Positions 52,154 to 58,249 of a DNA stretch of 58,249 bases are shown here, piece by piece. Both the position numbers and the translations under genes were made by a program. The notes below the pieces were generated by a model. That model was not told the DNA's origin, ran no database searches, and saw nothing but the letters and a program-made list of their open reading frames with translations. The DNA is from Octopus bimaculoides (lineage: Eukaryota), in assembly GCF_001194135.2 (NCBI RefSeq), contig NC_068990.1:40549300-40607548 (forward strand), read 5' to 3'. Position 1 is the stretch's first letter. The number at the start of each line of letters is the position of its first letter.

Positions 52154-53270
52154 CTATGTGGTTTTTTGTGCCTTCTGTTGGTGACTCTTTTCCTTGATAA
52201 TTTTAGTTATCTGCTTTTTACTCAATGGTCCCAATGTTTTGTATTTCATCTTTGTGATTTCAGCGCCTTGAGCCATTATGGCCAATAATAACTGTTATAA
52301 TAACTGTTATAAATAATTGAATTATTCATAGTCTAATATAATATTTCGGAATATAAAAATTCCTTCTTCAGATATTGCTAGGAAGTAATGGAGTCACTGT
52401 TATAGTCGGTTTCCAATGGTTACTGAAATCTGTCAGAAGCATCCCTGTAGTGGTCTCATGGAGCTTCTTCTGGAATTCCTCATGAGAAGTATGTCTTGAG
52501 CTCGTGTGTGTTGGCATATCCACAGCTGCTTCCAAGTTATGTATCATATCAGCATTTTTTTTTTTAATAATAGTGATTGTTAATTTCCAACCTGTTGTTA
52601 ATTTGGGGCCCTAGTCTGTCTATGAGAATAGCCTCCTTAATTCTTAAATTTCCTAAATTTCTGCCATTGGCCTCAATTGTGACTGTTATGTTTTTGTAGG
52701 TGCTCCGGCATCTGTCTGGATGTTTTCTGAAGGAGGAGGCTCTCGTGTTCAGATGTTCTTTGATGCGAACGTGTAACGGTCTTGTTGTGCTTCCCACATA
52801 GAACTTGTTGCATTTGTCCCATTGTATTTTATACACAACATTTACCCGTTGGCATAAATCTGTCACGGATGGGACAATTTCTTAGTGTTCACTTATTGTT
52901 GTCCCTTGTTCGTTTCTTTGCGAGGTGTCCTCTTAGAGAGGGGCCGGAGTGTGCTCATTGTATGTCTAATCCTTCTCTTCGGACGGCTGTAGTTGTCCTC
53001 TTGCTAAAATGGGGTATTTTAAGGAAGCATGTGTTGCTGGGTTTCTGTGTATTTGGCGTGTTTGTTGTCTCAGGTAGTTAAGCTGATTCACAAAGGGTAT
53101 AGGGTACCTGTTGGTTTTCAATATTTCTTGAAAACATGTGGTGTGGGTCACCTTGTCCTCTGTCCTGCTGCACTTGCTCTGGATGCATGTAAGTTTATTT
53201 TTGGCATATCCTATTTTGGCACCGAATGGAAGGGCTGAATTGTAGTGAACAAACATCTCTACTAGAGAAG
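52154..53270 (-). mobile_element. Penelope-like retroelement, 5'-truncated (RT thumb, GIY-YIG endonuclease, pLTR)
   Basis: FVHYNSALP...KIGY...KCS...ILKTNRYP (PLE thumb pattern), then NVVYKIQWDKCNKFYVGSTTRPLHVRIKEH...LRIKEAILI...PQIN (GIY-YIG); in-frame stops in the linker. The extent left of the ribozyme (52154-52334) is inferred. Confidence 0.88.
52335..52376 (-). ncRNA. Minimal type I hammerhead ribozyme motif in the Penelope pLTR
   Basis: AAUAU-CUGAAGA-A-GGAAU(UUUUAU)AUUCC-GAA-AUAU-U^AUAUU: stem I 5 bp, core, stem II 5 bp, palindromic stem III, AUU cleavage triplet. Confidence 0.7.
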
Positions 53271-53733
53271 TAGGTGCTGTCCACAATGATAGACAAATAG
53301 TTGATGTATATTTCTGTTATTTTGTGATCCATGTCAAGGTATTTAGATTTTTTTTCTTTAGTTTTGCCTTTCACTACTATCAAGTAATGAAAACCAAAGA
53401 ATATTTCCAACCTCTATCAGTAAATAATTTCTTCATTTATTATATTTGATTGTTTTGAAAAGTTCTCTTATCCTAAAGGTCACCTTTTTAGTACAAAGAT
53501 GCTATATCTATTTTCATTCCTTTTGACATTCAACTGAAAAGAGATTTCTTTCTAAGCTGGTTTTCCACACATTTGGCTTTTTGTTCCCAATATGAGGGAG
53601 GAGCATGATTCTCCTTGTATTTTTTGTTCTCTTTCCAAATATAATCCTATTTGTTAATGAAATTTAAAAAAATTATTTTTAAAAATAAATATGTATGTAT
53701 ATATATGTACATGCATATCTGATACATATATAC

Positions 53734-53788
<55 letters not shown>

Positions 53789-53851
53789 CACTTGTGTATA
53801 TTTATGTATGTATGTACACATGCATAGTGCATACATACGCATGTGTATATA

Positions 53852-54170
53852 CAAAGGTTGAACAAAATGGGAGTTTTATTGTCTGGTATGAAGTTGGTTT
53901 ACTTTTTGCATCAATCACAGTTTTAATATGTTGAGGAATTCACTTCTACAGGTTCTTAACAATTGTTAGGGGAATTTTAAGCTATTCTTCGAATAAAACC
54001 TGCTTCAGCTTTTTCAGCAATGATGGCTGATAGAAGTGCTTTTTCACTTGCTACCCCAAAATGCACCATAAATGTTTGCTTATAATGTGATCCAGTGATT
54101 TTAGGGAGGGAATCCAAGTGGTACTTAACTTTCCAAGTCTTTGCACAAATTTTTCAATAATATTATGCAC
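53852..54170 (-). mobile_element. Tc1-like transposon 3' fragment
   Basis: TWIPSLKSLDHIISKHLWCIL...LKKLKQVLFEE*LKIP...IPQHIKTVIDAKSKPTSY mirrors the Tc1 C-terminus (WP.QSPDLN.IE.LW...GGPT.Y); TIR TA|CAAAGGTTGAACAAAAT at 53852. Confidence 0.72.
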
Positions 54171-54233
<63 letters not shown>

Positions 54234-54274
54234 CACACACACACACATATATATGCTTGCTTATATCCATATAT

Positions 54275-54700
54275 CATTGTTTTGACGCCTTCTTTTCCAT
54301 ACTTGCATAGGGCAGATAGTAGGTGTCAAGGTAGATTTTCTGTGGGTAGATTCCTCCTTTCATTAGCAACCCTCACTTGTTTTCCAGTAAGGTTATATTT
54401 CCATATGGCTCGATATGTTTCATGGAGAAGAGAAAGTGCAGTGCACTGCTTGTAAGGTGGTGATACTTGCTTACAGATATCAGGTACATACATGTAAACC
54501 TATGCATGTGCACACACACACACATCTATATTTGTAAATGCTGGACTTCTTTTAGTTTCCATATCAGAAGGTTTTATTCAGCCCAGGGCCATATAGAAGC
54601 TATATGCTTAAGGTGCCTTGCAGTGGATGTGAATCCAAAGTCATACATTTGGACAGCAAACTTTTTTACAAATTTTGCATGTCTATATAGATAGATAAAT
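54275..54700 (-). mobile_element. SINE-A head with RTE-type tail (degraded)
   Basis: TTGACGCCTTCTTTTCCATACTTGCAT tail; GCTTAAGGTGCCTTGCAGTGG and TAGTTTCCAT head/body. Confidence 0.65.
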
Positions 54701-56479
54701 TATCGTCATCATCACCATTTAACATCCATTGCCATTTGTATGTGTATATATATATATATAGATATATGACAGGCATCTTGTAGTTATATTCTATTGAACT
54801 CCTATGCAACGTATAGTTGGCCTGGGAATATAATAGAAGACCCTTGCTCACATTTTCCCCAAGGTGCCTTACATAAAGGCTGAACATGCAACCACATTTC
54901 TAATAATCAAATTTCACATCTTATATATATATATACATATATATCAGCCACCTAAGTTATGTGGGAATATACAAGCAAGTAAAAACAAAAATATTTTAGT
55001 TGGTATATATTTTAAACTAAGTTTGAAAATATTTCTATATAAGAAGACTGTTCTATGTCAGTATTTAGAAAGCAAATCATGTAAGATTTTGTTTTTAAAA
55101 TTCAAATTCTTAATGAATATTGCTTATCTTTGTCATAAGTACATTGTTCTTAAATCCAATTCTTGATTCTATTGTTAATGCACTTATTCCATAGTAGAAC
55201 TGTAAATTAAATGTTGATAGCAACCAACATAGTATACAATTGTGTATTAATTTGTACAAAGCTTGTACTCGTATATAGATTTCAAAATTCACATAAATGT
55301 ACGTGTGAATGTTTTTATATACAGTTGATTACTTTTTTCATTTAAAGAACATTTTTTTTTTTAATGTTTTTGTAAGTTCATTTCACATAAATATATTTCC
55401 AGGCCGATTTGAATTGCTGCTGGTTTTTGAAAGATCTTGTTTCAGAAGTTGAGATTAAATTAAATCTTTTTGAAATTCATCTAAATAGATATTGTTATTT
55501 GTGTATTTTTCTTAATAACATATTTCTGATACTGTTGTCAGATTCGTTTGTTACTGCTTCAGAATAAGCAGAACTAGGAGTCAAATGTGTATGTCAAAGA
55601 CATATACGTGTTTGAGAAAAAGAGTGGGGAGAAAGAGAGATAGAGAGAACTTATGCATCTGACACGATACACCACATACACACACCTGTACATTAGCATA
55701 CATTATTTTGCATGTTATTTGTCACTATTATAAATATCCAGTTCTCTATTATTAAATCAATATTATCTTTTTTTGGAAATGTTATCTTTTTGCTCTTATT
55801 ATTTATGTGTCACTATGATAATTACTTAATCAGTCATATCAGTCATGTATTCTTCAGGTGCTTATGCTAAAAACGGTAATGTTTTATTGAAAATTCTTTT
55901 AAATCTTTTAATCTTTAGTCCTGTGTATAATGTATGCTACTGTAATAGCTGAACATAACACAGCTTATCCCAGTCGTTATTGATTGTAAAGTAAAATATA
56001 TACTTTCACTAACAAAAACTGATAGCTGTAAAATATTCTATCAAAATGTTAGATTTCTTCTCTTCCTCTTCTGACCATGAAATTTAGCCTAATTTTTGTT
56101 GTTACGGAACATCACTGACTTCCTCAGTTATGAATTTAAGATTGATGTTTACATAATTGTTGTTGGAACTTTTGAGGTGTTGCTACTTTGGTAGAATAAG
56201 GGAATATACATGACAGTGTCTACTTAGGGCTTCTTGCTTGTGTGTTCATTATCCAACTGAGTTTTGTCTTTTACCATTTCTTGGTTAGTAAAATAAGTGT
56301 CAATAATATACTGAAGATTGAACTCAGCAACTACATTCATTTTCCTTATAGAAAGAGTCATATATTACAAATATTTTTTTTTTACAGTAAGGGACCATGT
56401 TGTTACTATGCACACAGTTTGAACTGCATCCAGCAAAGTGATTCAATTAATTGGTGTTAAATCATTAACAGACACACTT

Positions 56480-56710
56480 CAATCTCTGACCTACAGACCT
56501 GCTGTCTCTTCTCTACCTTTTCTATTACCTCTATAATGGCCTCTATTCTTTAGAACTGGCTGGTCCTATACATTCACCATTCAGGCACCTCCTGAATGAT
56601 AATGGTATGGCACCCTCATCTTTCTACTTCTTATCAGTCTTGATGTGCCCAACTTCCTCCCTTCTGCACTAAACATTATGCCTAATCTTTTCTCTTCAGG
56701 CCCTGGTTTA
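56480..56710 (+). mobile_element. 3' fragment of the LINE family seen at 35880-36540
   Basis: QSLTYRPAVSSL-(frameshift)-YYLYNGLYSLELAG continues where QPLVYRLAVSS of the other copy ends. Confidence 0.6.
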
Positions 56711-56719
56711 GGCAAATGT

Positions 56720-57065
56720 TTACAAGGTATTGTTTTGTAGCCAGTTACTCTTCTTGTAAATAATCTTTTACCTACCTTTCAAGTAAGGGATCTCATTCCA
56801 CATTTCATTGATGCCTCAAAACTAGCAGACAACCACTTGCCAGGGAAACAAAGTAAACACAGGCGCTTGTGTGTGTTCAAAACTATGATACATATATACA
56901 TAATGGATCTCTTTCAGCTTCTGTTTACCAAATCCTTTCCCAAAGTTTTGTTTGTCTCAAGATTATAGTGGAAGACACTTGCCCAAGGTGGCACACAGAC
57001 TGAACTCAAGGCTGTGTGTTTTGGAGGTGATCTTCATTATCATACGGCCTCATGCCTGCACCTAC
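56720..57065 (-). mobile_element. SINE-A head with alternative 3' half
   Basis: GAAGACACTTGCCCAAGGTGGC, ACTGAACTCAAG head; AAGTAAGGGATCTCATTCCACAT matches the plus-strand fragment at 22815-22845. Confidence 0.65.
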
Positions 57066-57994
57066 TATATACCTGTGTGCATTTTAGAGGAAATTAGTCT
57101 TGCTTCAGTCTTGTTGATAGTGCACTGATTGAATTTGTATGCATTCTGTGCTAATCTTATTCTGGTGCAGTTTTATCAGTAATGCTTTTCTTCATCAGCA
57201 AGCTTCAGCTTCTCTCCTCTTGGTGTGTTTGTGTACATACACACACATGAACATTATCATCAACACCGTTTGAGGAAATGATCAACTTTTATGCAAACTT
57301 TGTCTTTTAAGTCATTGTACATCCCTTTCATGAGTTTTAATGATGAAAATTTACACCAGTATGGCAAAACCAAGGCTTTAACCTTCTAAATGCAGTCGCA
57401 TGGTGAAACCAGATAACTGTTTTAATTAGTGGCATTTCATTGTTGCAGATGCATATGATAGTCCTAATTGTGGTTCCAATATAGTCCCACTTGTGGTTGC
57501 AGTATGTTTACAGAGAGAAAATGCACCAACACAATATATTTAACAGTAGCAAGTACTTATGTGACATAAGTACCACTCTCCAAGTATTTGATGATGTTCA
57601 AATATTAACAAGAGAAGAAAATGTTCCAGCTATGAGTATCCTTTCCTGTTATGCATTTTGCATGCACACAAATACACATTTACTTACACATGCATACACA
57701 GGGGCAAGCACACTATTGGATAGTGTGTGACTTCTGATTCTTTAGCATTTTTACATGTTTTGATTTCCATCCCGCAGAGTCCAAAAACCAGCTTCCTCAT
57801 GAGGGAAGCTTAGTTGTGTTAACAGTGTAGTTGTTAGTTACTTAACTCTGCAATGTGTTGTATAGGATAACTTTTTACTAGTAGCTCTAAATAGTGATCT
57901 AACAGTAAATATATATATATATGTATATATATATATGCAAGGGGACCTGACATGTACATATGCTCAAATATACACACACATATACAGTCAGATA

Positions 57995-58200
57995 TACCTA
58001 TTCTTTTACTTGTTTCAGTCATTTGACTGCAGCCATGCTGGAGCACCACCTTTAGTCGAACAAATTAACCCCAGGACTTATTCTTTGTAAGCGTAGTACT
58101 TATGCTATCGGTCTCTTTTGCTGAACTGCTAAGCTACAGGGACGTAAACACTCCAACATTAGTTGTCAAACAACTGTGGCAGAACAAACACAGACACAAA
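57995..58200 (-). mobile_element. SINE-A 3' half, CR1-type tail, running into a TA tract at the window end
   Basis: TTACTTGTTTCAGTCATTTGACTGCAGCCATGCTGGAGCACCACCTTTAGTCGA...ATCGGTCTCTTTTGCTGAAC. Confidence 0.9.
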
Positions 58201-58208
58201 TATATATA

Positions 58209-58249
<41 letters not shown>

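Noticed and set aside
57553-57573. 21-bp interrupted palindrome GTACTTATGT-G-ACATAAGTAC
   Set aside because: Single occurrence near chance level, with no supporting context.
1-58249. CRISPR arrays, rRNA, snRNA, prokaryotic operons or viral genes
   Set aside because: No regularly spaced repeat-spacer array, no rRNA or snRNA signatures recognised, and no long non-repetitive ORFs.

Overview
Eukaryotic, AT-rich DNA dense in microsatellites, with four short N gaps (3007-3103, 5971-5986, 11145-11154, 17037-17090). The SINE/LINE repertoire and (TA)/(TG)/(GA) density point to a coleoid cephalopod, most likely Octopus. This is an inference from recalled repeat families, not a database result. No complete protein-coding gene is supported; nearly all ORFs in the track are microsatellite translations. 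Supported content: many tRNA-derived SINEs (working labels SINE-A/B/C); decayed LINE fragments (CR1 3' end, RTE, Tx1/L1-like, CR1/L2/Jockey-group); a Penelope-like element (RT thumb + GIY-YIG); two maT (DD37D-type) fragments; one Tc1 fragment; a hAT MITE with an 8-bp TSD; and a pogo/Tigger-like MITE nested in a SINE. Two promoter/first-exon-like islands lie at about 6.65-6.78 kb and 26.8-27.4 kb. Best observations: (1) a complete minimal type I hammerhead ribozyme fold behind the Penelope GIY-YIG ORF (52335-52376, minus); (2) a ~340-bp fold-back in which a SINE 3' half plus its genomic flank is duplicated in inverted orientation between 14-bp direct repeats (33302-33656); (3) one SINE head carrying either a CR1-derived or an RTE-derived tail, with both candidate donor LINE 3' ends in the window; (4) back-to-back YY1/ATG motifs in a splice-signal-rich GC island at 6.7 kb. 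I found no clear evidence of a wholly undescribed system.
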